Positions 18,603-28,244 are shown, counted from the first letter of the stretch. The stretch: DNA of 36,332 bases from a virus (IMGVR_UViG_2721755676_000006); one strand, 5' to 3'. Numbers and translations: made by a program. Notes: generated by a model not told the origin, from the letters alone.

Positions 18603-19066
18603 CAGATAAGCTCCACTGTGCAGTGCGGCGCGTCCTGCACCCGGCTGATGGCCCAGCGGGCGTCACGCCACAAATCACCGCTGGCTTCCGCCAGTTCCTC
18701 GCCTCGCTTCACACCGGATGCCGTGGCGTCATAGTCCTGGTAACGTTCGTTGAGCATGGCGCGTGCCCAGCAGTAAACCGCGTTGAAATAGTGCTGAACG
18801 CGCTCACTTTTCCCGTCCAGCTCTTCCGCCGGAACCTCTGCCAGCGAGGCATACCCCAGCATCTGCTGGCATCTGCGAAACTCATACAGCTCTGCGTTGA
18901 CCTCCGAAATTGCCGACAGCGCAACCTGCTTTAAACGCGGCTGCGTCACCGTACCGTCAGTGCGCATCACACTACGGAACTCCGACAGGTCCACATCAGG
19001 CCAGAACGGCGTATTCCTGATGATTTCCGCCTGTTCCGGTGCCTGTTCTGGCGCAACAAACTTCAT
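18602..19066 (-). CDS. L: head completion/stabilisation protein L
   Basis: ATG at 19066 with AGGAGA RBS (track start 19129 is GTG); C-terminal ..WRDARWAISRVQ.. P2 gpL-like. Confidence 0.8.
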   Translation of the reverse strand: MKFVAPEQAPEQAEIIRNTPFWPDVDLSEFRSVMRTDGTVTQPRLKQVALSAISEVNAELYEFRRCQQMLGYASLAEVPAEELDGKSERVQHYFNAVYCWARAMLNERYQDYDATASGVKRGEELAEASGDLWRDARWAISRVQDAPHCTVELI

Positions 19067-19161
19067 GCTGCTTTCTCCTGAAATAGAGGGCGGTGGACGG
19101 GGTTTTGATGTGGCAGTGCCTTTCGCCACCCCGTGCCGCCCGTGCGCGGGGGCACGTTCTG

Positions 19162-19812
19162 TCAGCGGCTGTCATTGCGCAGTCTGCGCTCCAGCTGCTG
19201 TTTGTCTTTTTTCACGCCACAGCGGGGATCGAGCTGTAACGCATGGTTGAGATGATTAAGGGCGGAAGCCGGGTTGCTTTCACTCAGGACAGCGCCAATC
19301 GCTTTATGCAGACGCGCCCGTGACTGGTCCGGCATATCCAGACCATCTGTCAGCTCCAGCGTCTGCAGCAACAGATCGGCATCAAAGCCGGTGGCGGCAA
19401 GCATTGCGCTCTGCGCCGCGTCTGCCATTTCCTCTGCCAGCACGGTCTGCACATTGCGATTACCCAGTGGCATCACCCAGCCATGACGCAGGGCATGACG
19501 CCCGATCTCCAGCGCCCCGGCATAATCTCCGGCATCAATGCGCCACAGCATCACGTACATCAGCACGTCATCCTGTTGAGCGCCTCCGGCAGCCAGGACA
19601 CCATCTGCCCAGGCGACGTATTTCGGCAGCAGTTCCACCTTGATTTCCGCTTTTTTGACCGTGGACTGAACACCCTTGAGACGGCGGCGGTCTTCCGCCA
19701 GTTGCAGCAGCATCAGGTCATAGCCCGACGCGTGGCGAACACTGCCGCCCTCGCGGGCGGCCTGTTCAGCCTGAACGCGCAGGCGATGCTGCCGTGCGGG
19801 ACTCAGGCTCAT
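19162..19812 (-). CDS. M: terminase small (endonuclease) subunit M
   Basis: 216-aa ORF, P2 gpM position between N and L. Confidence 0.8.
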   Translation of the reverse strand: MSLSPARQHRLRVQAEQAAREGGSVRHASGYDLMLLQLAEDRRRLKGVQSTVKKAEIKVELLPKYVAWADGVLAAGGAQQDDVLMYVMLWRIDAGDYAGALEIGRHALRHGWVMPLGNRNVQTVLAEEMADAAQSAMLAATGFDADLLLQTLELTDGLDMPDQSRARLHKAIGAVLSESNPASALNHLNHALQLDPRCGVKKDKQQLERRLRNDSR

Positions 19813-19815
19813 GGA

Positions 19816-20874
19816 TTACGCTCCGGTTTCTGCTGCGACGGCGCTGAAGTCGCCAATCTGGATGTTTTCCACCAGTGCGGCGCAGCGGTAGTCCTCAACC
19901 ACATAGGCTTCGTTAACGGATTCAAAGTTTTCAATCCGGTCACGTTTCGGGTTGTCGATAACTGAACGACGGCGAGTGTCTTCCTGCCAGTAGATGGACA
20001 GGTTATCCAGACGGGTGATCAGCAGCGCATTCGGCGGGAAGAACGGCGCACGCACTGCCTGCAGGCCACCCATGCGTTTTTGGCTGATGATCATATCTGC
20101 AGCCAGTTTTTCACTGTTCTCCTGCTCTTTGTTGACCAGCGGGAAATACTTGTCAGACAACAGTTCACGACCGCAAATCACCACCAGATCGTCATCGTCC
20201 TGGTAAACCACGTCGATAAGCTCATTGACGGCATCCATCACCACGGCATCCAGGTTGGCATATTCGCCACCTTTGCCGACTTTCACTGCGCCCGGTGTGG
20301 TTTCACCGCCCGTGGTGGTGCTGCCCATGACGTGATCCGGTGCATCCTCACGGATTTTCTGCAGCCAGCCTTTATTTACATCCTGCAGCAGCGGGTTTTC
20401 GCTACGGTTGGAGGTTTTCGCACGCTTCACGCCGTTAAAACCGATCATGATGCGGTCCAGTGCCTGACGTTTCACGATGGCATCACGGATGCGCACCTGG
20501 AAATCCTGAAACTTCGCCCACAGGTCCAGCTTCGCGTAGGTCAGTACCGTGTCAAAGTTGGTCTGCTCGCATTTATATTCCACATCGACCATCAGCGTCG
20601 GATCGACAGGCTCACGCTCTTTTGCGGTGGTATCAGTGGTTCCGGCAATGGTGCTGCCAACACCCAGCCCCAGCAACTGACCAGACTGCTCAGTCACTGG
20701 CGTGACGTTAATCAGCGTCAGGAATGCGGCGGATTGCTGGATCTGGTCTTCCAGCGTCTGCTGCACGGACGGCTCCACAGTGAACTTGCTGGACAGTTCT
20801 TCAACTGCCACACCGTTCAGACGCGCCAGCTGCTGCAGGTAAGCGTTAAAAGCAAAGCGGGTATTCTTCTTCAT
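19816..20874 (-). CDS. N: major capsid protein N
   Basis: 352-aa ORF, P2 gpN-like. Confidence 0.9.
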   Translation of the reverse strand: MKKNTRFAFNAYLQQLARLNGVAVEELSSKFTVEPSVQQTLEDQIQQSAAFLTLINVTPVTEQSGQLLGLGVGSTIAGTTDTTAKEREPVDPTLMVDVEYKCEQTNFDTVLTYAKLDLWAKFQDFQVRIRDAIVKRQALDRIMIGFNGVKRAKTSNRSENPLLQDVNKGWLQKIREDAPDHVMGSTTTGGETTPGAVKVGKGGEYANLDAVVMDAVNELIDVVYQDDDDLVVICGRELLSDKYFPLVNKEQENSEKLAADMIISQKRMGGLQAVRAPFFPPNALLITRLDNLSIYWQEDTRRRSVIDNPKRDRIENFESVNEAYVVEDYRCAALVENIQIGDFSAVAAETGA

Positions 20875-20890
20875 CAGGTTTTGTGCTCCA

Positions 20891-21724
20891 TCAGCAATTT
20901 GTCAGAGTGTCAGCGGGGGCATTACCGCCTGTTGCACGCTGGCGGTAGTCCTGGCGGCTGTCTTCATGGCTCAGCTTGTCCACCAGTTCATTAAAGGTGG
21001 TCAGCTGTGCCTGCAGGGCTGTCTCCAGCTCAGACAGGCGTTCTTCCTGTTCAGACAGGGATTTTTCGGTGCGCGCACTCAGGTTTTGCTGCTCAGTGGC
21101 GACCAGCTCCACGGCCTTATGCACATCAGAGAACCGGGCATCATCGGACTGCTCTTTTTTGGTGAACAGCGCCGTGACACGGGCAAACAGGGATGGTTTT
21201 TCGTCCTGGACTTCTTCCAGTTCGATCACCGTTTCCTCTGCAGCGGTAAAGAGATTGGCGGGGTTCTGCTTGCGGTTTGCCAGCGGGTTATGGGCTGCAC
21301 TGGCGCTGAATGTCAGCATTTCAGTGCCCAGACTGGCAGGGTCATCAGTGGCAGCCAGGCCAACCAGGTAGGCTTTGCCCGTATCAGCAAACTTCGGGCT
21401 GACTTCCATAGAGGTGAATAATTTCTGGCCTTTTTTCACCAGCTCCACCAGGGACTCTGTTGGCTCAACGTCGGCATACAGCGCCATCTTGCCTGCCAGC
21501 GGACCTTCCGTGATTTCTTCAGCAAACAGCGCCGTCACCTTGCCGTAGCGGTTAAAGGTGCTGTCCGGCAGATAAGACTTGATGTGCTCAAGGTTAATCA
21601 GCGCGGTATACACCGCCGGGTTGTAGCTGGCTGCCATCTGTTCCAGCCATTCACGCTGGATTTCGCGTCCGTCGGTGGTGGCACCTTCCACCCCGATGCG
21701 AAAACGCTTTGCTTTCACTGTCAT
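20891..21724 (-). CDS. O: capsid scaffold protein O
   Basis: 277-aa acidic coiled-coil-rich ORF, P2 gpO-like; divergent from P. Confidence 0.85.
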   Translation of the reverse strand: MTVKAKRFRIGVEGATTDGREIQREWLEQMAASYNPAVYTALINLEHIKSYLPDSTFNRYGKVTALFAEEITEGPLAGKMALYADVEPTESLVELVKKGQKLFTSMEVSPKFADTGKAYLVGLAATDDPASLGTEMLTFSASAAHNPLANRKQNPANLFTAAEETVIELEEVQDEKPSLFARVTALFTKKEQSDDARFSDVHKAVELVATEQQNLSARTEKSLSEQEERLSELETALQAQLTTFNELVDKLSHEDSRQDYRQRATGGNAPADTLTNC

Positions 21725-21801
21725 GAGCCGTGCTCCGTTAGAAAAAACTTACTGGAGCCTTATGGTTGCGGTGATGGGGGCAGTGAAACAATGCGCGGTA
21801 T

Positions 21802-21821
21802 TTGTACCGACAACCACACAA
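21802..21821. promoter_or_regulatory. candidate Ogr-dependent late promoter dyad in the O/P divergent intergenic region
   Basis: TTGTACCGACAACCACACAA, same architecture as the FI and V elements; about 80 bp upstream of O. Confidence 0.4.
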
Positions 21822-21866
21822 ACCGCAGGCGGGGAAAGCCTTCATTCAAGGCTGTAGGTTTGTGCC

Positions 21867-23633
21867 ATGAACACCACACTGACACCCGCAGATCTCGATC
21901 CCCGTCGGCAAGCCATGCTGCTGTACTTTCAGGGATACCGCGTAGCCCGCATTGCTGAAATGCTGGGCGAGAAAGTTGCAACCGTTCACAGCTGGAAAAA
22001 ACGCGACAAGTGGGGTGACTATGGGCCGCTGGATCAGATGCAGCTCACCACCGCCGCACGTTACTGCCAGCTCATTATGAAGGAGCACAAAGAAGGGAAA
22101 GATTTCAAAGAAATTGATCTGCTGGCGCGCCAGTCGGAGCGCCACGCGCGGATCGGCAAGTTTAACAATGGCGGCAACGAAGCCGATTTAAACCCTAACG
22201 TCGCCAACCGCAACAAAGGCCCGCGCCGTCAGCCTGAAAAGAATGTTTTCACCGATGAACAGATTGAGAAGCTGGAAGAAATCTTCCATTCCTCCATGTT
22301 CAACTACCAGCGTCACTGGTGGGAAGCCGGAAAAACCAACCGCATCCGCAACCTGCTGAAGTCACGCCAGATCGGCGCAACCTTCTATTTTGCCCGTGAA
22401 GCCCTGATTGACGCCCTGCTAACCGGACGTAACCAGATTTTCCTTTCTGCCAGTAAGGCACAGGCGCACGTCTTTAAGCAGTACATCATCGACTTCGCCA
22501 AAGAAGTGGAGGTGGAGCTGAAAGGCGATCCGATGGTGCTTCCCAACGGGGCCACACTGTATTTCCTCGGCACCAATGCCCGCACGGCCCAGAGTTATCA
22601 CGGTAACCTGTATCTGGATGAATATTTCTGGATACCGAAATTCCAGGAGCTGCGCAAAGTGGCATCCGGTATGGCTATTCACAAAAAATGGCGACAAACC
22701 TATTTTTCCACGCCATCCAGCCTGACACACAGTGCTTATCCGTTCTGGTCCGGTGCGCTGTTCAACCGTGGGCGCAACAAAGCCGATAAGGTGGACATCG
22801 ACCTGTCCCACAGCAATCTGGCCCCCGGCCTGCTGTGCGCAGACGGGCAATACCGCCAGATAGTCACCGTAGAAGATGCGGTGCGCGGCGGCTGTAACCT
22901 GTTCGACCTTGACCAGTTGCGCATGGAATACAGCCCGGACGAATACCAGAACCTGCTGATGTGTGAGTTCGTGGACGATCTCGCGTCCGTGTTCCCGCTC
23001 AGCGAGCTGCAGGCGTGTATGGTGGACAGTTGGGAAGTCTGGACCGACTTTCATGCACTGGCCCTGCGCCCGTTTGGCTGGCGCGAAGTGTGGATCGGTT
23101 ATGACCCGGCAAAAGGTACGCAGAACGGCGACAGCGCCGGATGCGTGGTGGTGGCACCGCCAGCCGTGCCGGGCGGTAAGTTCCGCATTCTTGAGCGTCA
23201 CCAGTGGCGCGGAATGGACTTCCGCGCCCAGGCTGACGCCATCAAAAAACTGACCGAACAGTATAACGTGACCTATATCGGTATCGACTCGACCGGCGTC
23301 GGTCACGGGGTTTACGAGAACGTGAAAGCGTTTTTTCCTGCCGTCAGGGAGTTTGTCTATAACCCCAACGTTAAAAACGCCCTGGTACTCAAGGCCTACG
23401 ACATTATCAGCCACCGCCGTCTGGAGTTTGACGCCGGGCACACCGACATTGCGCAGTCATTTATGGCAATCCGTCGCGCTACCACTGCCAGTGGCAACCG
23501 CCCGACCTATGAAGCCAGCCGCAGCGAAGAAGCCAGCCATGCCGATCTGGCCTGGGCAACAATGCACGCACTGTTTAACGAACCGCTGCAGGGCGAGTCC
23601 GCCAATACCAGCAATATTGTGGAGATTTTTTGA
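21867..23633 (+). CDS. P: terminase large (ATPase) subunit P
   Basis: 588-aa ORF, P2 gpP-like. Confidence 0.9.
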   Translation: MNTTLTPADLDPRRQAMLLYFQGYRVARIAEMLGEKVATVHSWKKRDKWGDYGPLDQMQLTTAARYCQLIMKEHKEGKDFKEIDLLARQSERHARIGKFNNGGNEADLNPNVANRNKGPRRQPEKNVFTDEQIEKLEEIFHSSMFNYQRHWWEAGKTNRIRNLLKSRQIGATFYFAREALIDALLTGRNQIFLSASKAQAHVFKQYIIDFAKEVEVELKGDPMVLPNGATLYFLGTNARTAQSYHGNLYLDEYFWIPKFQELRKVASGMAIHKKWRQTYFSTPSSLTHSAYPFWSGALFNRGRNKADKVDIDLSHSNLAPGLLCADGQYRQIVTVEDAVRGGCNLFDLDQLRMEYSPDEYQNLLMCEFVDDLASVFPLSELQACMVDSWEVWTDFHALALRPFGWREVWIGYDPAKGTQNGDSAGCVVVAPPAVPGGKFRILERHQWRGMDFRAQADAIKKLTEQYNVTYIGIDSTGVGHGVYENVKAFFPAVREFVYNPNVKNALVLKAYDIISHRRLEFDAGHTDIAQSFMAIRRATTASGNRPTYEASRSEEASHADLAWATMHALFNEPLQGESANTSNIVEIF

Positions 23634-24661
23634 TGGGAAAGAGTAAGAAGAACCGCGCTGCGTCGACGAAACAGATCCAGCATAAAGGCCAGACTTCAGC
23701 CGAAGCATTCAGCTTCGGTGATCCCGTTCCTGTTCTGGACCGCCGCGAACTGCTGGACTATGTGGAATGCGTACAGATGGATCGTTGGTATGAGCCGCCT
23801 GTGAGTTTCGACGGACTGGCGCGAACCTTCCGCGCCGCCGTGCATCACAGCTCACCGATTGCAGTGAAGTGCAACATTCTAACCAGCACCTACATCCCTC
23901 ACCCGCTGCTCAGCCAGCAGGCTTTTTCGCGTTTTGTGCAGGACTATCTGGTTTTTGGTAACGCCTACCTGGAGAAACGCACTAACCGCTTCGGTGAAGT
24001 TATCGCCCTTGAGCCTGCACTGGCAAAATACACCCGACGCGGGTTAGACCTGGATACCTACTGGTTTGTGCAATACGGCATGACTACGCAGCCGTATCAG
24101 TTCACGAAAGGCAACATTTTTCATCTGATGGAACCGGACATCAACCAGGAGATCTACGGCCTGCCCGGTTATCTTTCTGCCATTCCGTCAGCTCTGCTCA
24201 ACGAGTCCGCCACGCTGTTCCGCCGCAAGTATTACATTAACGGCAGTCATGCAGGCTTCATCATGTACATGACCGATGCAGCGCAGAACCAGGAGGATGT
24301 GAACAACCTCCGCAATGCGATGAAAAGCGCCAAAGGTCCTGGTAACTTCCGTAACCTGTTTATGTACTCGCCTAACGGTAAAAAGGACGGGCTTCAGATT
24401 ATCCCGTTGTCAGAAGTGGCGGCGAAGGATGAGTTCCTGAATATCAAGAACGTGAGCCGGGACGACATGATGGCGGCGCATCGTGTGCCGCCACAAATGA
24501 TGGGGATAATGCCTAATAATGTCGGGGGGTTTGGGGATGTGGAGAAGGCCAGTAAGGTATTCGTACGTAATGAATTGCTCCCGCTTCAGAAAAGAATAGA
24601 AGAACTTAATGAGTTTGTTGGATGTGAACTCATTAAGTTCATTCCTTATGACCTAAAATAA
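23633..24661 (+). CDS. Q: portal protein Q
   Basis: ATG at 23633 overlapping P stop (TGATG); 342 aa, P2 gpQ-like. Confidence 0.9.
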   Translation: MGKSKKNRAASTKQIQHKGQTSAEAFSFGDPVPVLDRRELLDYVECVQMDRWYEPPVSFDGLARTFRAAVHHSSPIAVKCNILTSTYIPHPLLSQQAFSRFVQDYLVFGNAYLEKRTNRFGEVIALEPALAKYTRRGLDLDTYWFVQYGMTTQPYQFTKGNIFHLMEPDINQEIYGLPGYLSAIPSALLNESATLFRRKYYINGSHAGFIMYMTDAAQNQEDVNNLRNAMKSAKGPGNFRNLFMYSPNGKKDGLQIIPLSEVAAKDEFLNIKNVSRDDMMAAHRVPPQMMGIMPNNVGGFGDVEKASKVFVRNELLPLQKRIEELNEFVGCELIKFIPYDLK

Positions 24662-24670
24662 AATATACAA

Positions 24671-24697
24671 ATGACACAAAAGTGTCATTTTATTTTA
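24671..24697. terminator. bidirectional hairpin ATGACAC-AAAA-GTGTCAT with flanking T-tract
   Basis: 7-bp inverted repeat between convergent Q and the AT-rich cargo operon; stop codon of the 174-aa ORF lies inside it. Confidence 0.4.
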
Positions 24698-25209
24698 TCA
24701 AGAGGCTTTACCCATTTCTCATGCAAATCCTCTAGCTTAAATGTATTATTTTTTGTCAACCATTTATGAACCAAAGCTATAATTTCTGACCTAGAATAAC
24801 GCTTATAATACAGTTCAGGATTTGCATTATATTGCTCTACTATATGTTGTCCAACTATTGCAAGTTGTCGATGGTCAATAGCGACTAAATCCCTATGCAT
24901 AGGATTTACAGCTTCAAACTTACTTTGCCCCGGATTGTTAGCTATCTGAACACCATTTTCTCTAAGCCAGTCCTCATCCAACCAAATAAGATCAATGATA
25001 TCAGGCGAGGACATAGTTGTAGCTAATGCAACAACGATTTTCTCGGCATCCTCTGTGGTAAAGTCAATTGAATCTGAAGCCCAAACAGAAAGAGTATTAT
25101 TCTTTGTTCGTGTACACCCAGTAATAGCATCGCCTGAAAAATTATCAGGCTGCAATGTTAAGTTAGGTTCCCATTTTGCAATTGATATTTTTCTTAACAA
25201 ATAACTCAT
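24685..25209 (-). CDS. hypothetical protein, third gene of AT-rich cargo operon
   Basis: 174-aa ORF; ATG overlaps the upstream stop (ATGA coupling); no recognisable motif. Confidence 0.6.
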   Translation of the reverse strand: MSYLLRKISIAKWEPNLTLQPDNFSGDAITGCTRTKNNTLSVWASDSIDFTTEDAEKIVVALATTMSSPDIIDLIWLDEDWLRENGVQIANNPGQSKFEAVNPMHRDLVAIDHRQLAIVGQHIVEQYNANPELYYKRYSRSEIIALVHKWLTKNNTFKLEDLHEKWVKPLDKIK

Positions 25210-25865
25210 TGCATGCGTCCCAAATAGTCTATGACAGATTTTTTATAATTATCCAACCAACTTATTCCAAAATCTCTTATTCCATTTAGATATAGTGCAA
25301 GTTGTGGATTGCCCCATCCTTCTGCCGCACGCAGAGCTGCTTCATTTACATATTTATCATCATAAACCGATGCAGCCAATATGATAGCATCAGCCTTATC
25401 ACCAAGAATTTCATATTCTAAGCAAGATGCAACACATATGAAATTTCGTAATTCATACGTATTTTTATTGCGAAAGAGGTCTAACCAAACCCGTTGAAAA
25501 ACCTCCCTAAAAACAAATGGATTTTCTTTGTAAAGGCCTTCAAGATAAAGTTGAGTCTTAGTGATTTCACCTTCAACATAATCTTCTGAAAATAGTAAAC
25601 TTATAGTCATTTTTTGTTTTTTAATGACTATGCTTTCAAAAGAATTATTTGAATCATCAATTTTTTTCAAAAAAAACGAGCCAGCTTGAACTGCTGTTTT
25701 ATTTGAATTTATTCTAATATCGTTAGCTACATAAGAGGATAATTTTTTTGAGTTATCAGATACTGATGAGTTAACCAAAAAACGGTCAAAGTTATTATCA
25801 TTAATAATAGTGTTAACTTCTGACGAAGCCTCAGACAAAATTATATTTCCATAATTTTTATCCAT
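25206..25865 (-). CDS. hypothetical protein, second gene of AT-rich cargo operon
   Basis: 219 aa from ATG at 25865 with GTGAGG RBS (track start 25904 trimmed); Asn/Ser-rich N-terminus, no recognisable motif. Confidence 0.55.
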   Translation of the reverse strand: MDKNYGNIILSEASSEVNTIINDNNFDRFLVNSSVSDNSKKLSSYVANDIRINSNKTAVQAGSFFLKKIDDSNNSFESIVIKKQKMTISLLFSEDYVEGEITKTQLYLEGLYKENPFVFREVFQRVWLDLFRNKNTYELRNFICVASCLEYEILGDKADAIILAASVYDDKYVNEAALRAAEGWGNPQLALYLNGIRDFGISWLDNYKKSVIDYLGRMQ

Positions 25866-25872
25866 GGCAGCC

Positions 25873-26568
25873 TCACTTATTCGTATAACGAGATAATTGC
25901 TCAATTAAATTGGCATTATTTTCTTGCAACTCACTAACAATAGAGTTCGCAGAATTAAAATCAAACCGAAGCGAATTATTTTCTGCCAATGTATTTGTAT
26001 CCACCTCAAAGTTTATTACTTCTGTTGGATGATTATTATTTACTAATGGAGTCTGAATGAAACAACGACGAACAGTACTCCCACTATTCACACTCTCATT
26101 TAAATTTTTCAAATTGACTCGCTCAACAATACGATTATCCCATTCAAATGGTTCTGCATTACGATGAGTGAATAGCTCTCTGTAAAGCCTGGAGTAATTA
26201 TCCTGACTATCATGATAAAAATATGAATTAATAACTGACAGTCTTGTCGCTTTTTTATTAGGGAATATTGACTGTAAAGACTTCATAATATCTTTAACTT
26301 TATTTATGAACTCTTCACTGGAACCGCCGACTCCATGAAAGACAATAGCCCCCAAGGGAAATTCAACCCGAAAATTTTGGTCAGGCGAAGTCATAATAAC
26401 TATTTGACGCTTTTCCCCTGTTAAAGCATTCAACTCCTGCCCAAACATGGGTAAAAGGGATAACGCAGCCAAATTAGACAACAGCATCGAAAGCACTGGC
26501 GGTGTAGCAGTGACATCAGAATTGTTTGTAAAATATGATGCTTGGTAATTTTGAAATAATAATTCCAT
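25873..26568 (-). CDS. hypothetical protein, first gene of AT-rich cargo operon
   Basis: 231-aa ORF with strong AGGAGGA RBS; soluble, no recognisable catalytic motif. Confidence 0.6.
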   Translation of the reverse strand: MELLFQNYQASYFTNNSDVTATPPVLSMLLSNLAALSLLPMFGQELNALTGEKRQIVIMTSPDQNFRVEFPLGAIVFHGVGGSSEEFINKVKDIMKSLQSIFPNKKATRLSVINSYFYHDSQDNYSRLYRELFTHRNAEPFEWDNRIVERVNLKNLNESVNSGSTVRRCFIQTPLVNNNHPTEVINFEVDTNTLAENNSLRFDFNSANSIVSELQENNANLIEQLSRYTNK

Positions 26569-26723
26569 TTTATCCTCCTGAACAATTCATGCGCCATTTG
26601 GCACGAACAATCATTCTTTCAGTATATTAGATTATCCACACAGCTACTAGTAGCCTAACGAAGAAACGGCATAACTGGTCTACTTCGGAAATCCAACAAC
26701 ATAATGGTACCAGCTTGCGCGCG

Positions 26724-26742
26724 CTCGTATCCCCGCCACGCC
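26724..26742 (-). other. candidate cos cohesive-end sequence (P2/186-like)
   Basis: Minus-strand GGCGTGGCGGGGATACGAG; the first 13 nt match my recollection of the 186/P2 cohesive-end consensus GGCG(T/A)GGCGGGGA. Confidence 0.4.
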
Positions 26743-27013
26743 TGCCCGCTTTATATAGTGGTTTTCATGCACCTGCATGACATAAGCAAAAGCCCGCCAT
26801 ACCTAGCAGGCCCCAACTAGAGCGATCCTTAAACGATCATGCGGATTCATGCAGTATAGACATGCAGTAGTTACGCCAAACCGTGTAGCGAGGCCACCTG
26901 CTAAAAATGTTCACGGAGTAACATTTGATCTCCACTGCAAAAAATGAAACTTTCGCTTTCACCAAATATAACAAGAGGTAATCTTTGGTGTTTTACACAG
27001 CAAACGGTGAGCC

Positions 27014-27595
27014 ATGAAAGTCAACATAAAACAGATTGTTGGAAATTGGGAATTAGGTCTTGCGATGGATAAACACAGCATCCGCAGCATTCCCATTGGT
27101 TACGATGAGTGGGGACATATGCGGTTTGAGACGGAGCGTACTGAGGTAGGCGAATCTCTTTTCCAGCTTAAATACCGTGACGATTGGTCACAAGTTAAGC
27201 CTTTAGCCCAATGCCTAGCAGAGCATGCCTTTCCTCATTTCAGCAATGTCGGGTTTATCGTTCCAATGGCTGCATCTAATCAGCGTGCACGCCAGCCAGT
27301 GACCGAAATAGCTCAGGAACTAGCCAAACTAGTTGGCAAACCATGCTTCGATGACCTCTTGTTGAAAGCCCCCGGCGGGGCATCGCTAAAGAACCTGAAT
27401 ACAAAAGAAGAGAAAATCACGGCGCTGGGTAATTCGTTCTCTGTTAATGACAGTATTGAGAATAATGGCAACTGGAATGTCCTTATCATTGACGACCTCT
27501 ACCATACAGGCGCATCTATGGAGGCTGCTTGTGCTGTGCTAAACGATTATACTAAGGTTAGAAGCATTTATGTTGCAGCTTTGACTTGGAGATAG
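27014..27595 (+). CDS. phosphoribosyltransferase (PRTase)-like protein
   Basis: 193-aa ORF with PRPP-binding-loop-like motif VLIIDDLYHTGASM near the C-terminus; AT-rich. Confidence 0.55.
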   Translation: MKVNIKQIVGNWELGLAMDKHSIRSIPIGYDEWGHMRFETERTEVGESLFQLKYRDDWSQVKPLAQCLAEHAFPHFSNVGFIVPMAASNQRARQPVTEIAQELAKLVGKPCFDDLLLKAPGGASLKNLNTKEEKITALGNSFSVNDSIENNGNWNVLIIDDLYHTGASMEAACAVLNDYTKVRSIYVAALTWR

Positions 27596-27597
27596 TG

Positions 27598-28155
27598 ATG
27601 ACTACGGTATTTGTTGCTGGTTCAATAACCATCAAAAACCTTGACACACTCATCGTGGATCGTCTGAAAAAAATTGTTAACTCGCGTTTTCGTATTGTAG
27701 TTGGTGATGCCAATGGTGTTGATTCATCTGTTCAACGCGTATTGCTAGAACTTGGATGTGAAAAAGCCACAGTATTCAGTAGCTCAGAAAAACCGCGCAA
27801 TAATCTTGGCTCATGGCCTGTACATGTAGTAAGTACTAGCCATGCAGCCGGCACTCGCGCGTTTTTCACTGCGAAAGATCTCAAAATGGCAGAAGAAGCC
27901 GATTATGGATTAATGGTTTGGGATACGAAGAGCACGGGTACTCTGAGTAACGTGATTGAGCTTCTTAAACGTAAAAAATACTCTGTCGTTTTTGTTAATA
28001 AATACAAAAAGTTCTTTATTATCAAATCTCCAGAGCACCTTGACGCTTTGATTAACTGCATGTCACCAGCCTCTTTGGAAAAAGCTGATGAAAAGATCAG
28101 ATTGCGCGAAAAAATCAACCAACTAAAAAACGAGCAAATCCAGATGTTTATGTGA
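27598..28155 (+). CDS. DprA/SLOG-like Rossmann-fold protein
   Basis: 185 aa from ATG at 27598 with GGAG RBS; motif RIVVGDANGVDSSVQRVLLELG resembles the DprA/LOG glycine-rich nucleotide-binding loop. Confidence 0.4.
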   Translation: MTTVFVAGSITIKNLDTLIVDRLKKIVNSRFRIVVGDANGVDSSVQRVLLELGCEKATVFSSSEKPRNNLGSWPVHVVSTSHAAGTRAFFTAKDLKMAEEADYGLMVWDTKSTGTLSNVIELLKRKKYSVVFVNKYKKFFIIKSPEHLDALINCMSPASLEKADEKIRLREKINQLKNEQIQMFM

Positions 28156-28244
28156 AATTCTTTGATGATAACACTAACGCCTCGCCCTGCTCGTTGTTCA
28201 ACCTTGCTGGCTTCAGAATCAAGTACTGATGCCAGCAACGTTTC

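Noticed and set aside
20080-20994. 304-aa plus-strand ORF across capsid gene N and scaffold gene O
   Set aside because: Antisense to two conserved structural genes, His/Gln-rich with no sensible start; shadow ORF
22419-23441. 340-aa minus-strand ORF inside terminase gene P
   Set aside because: Entirely antisense to a well-supported conserved gene; shadow ORF
26569-27013. Possible structured ncRNA (retron msr-msd-like or tRNA) in the GC-richer intergenic region next to the PRTase gene
   Set aside because: No reverse transcriptase gene in the window and no convincing cloverleaf or long stem by eye; better explained as cos plus divergent promoters
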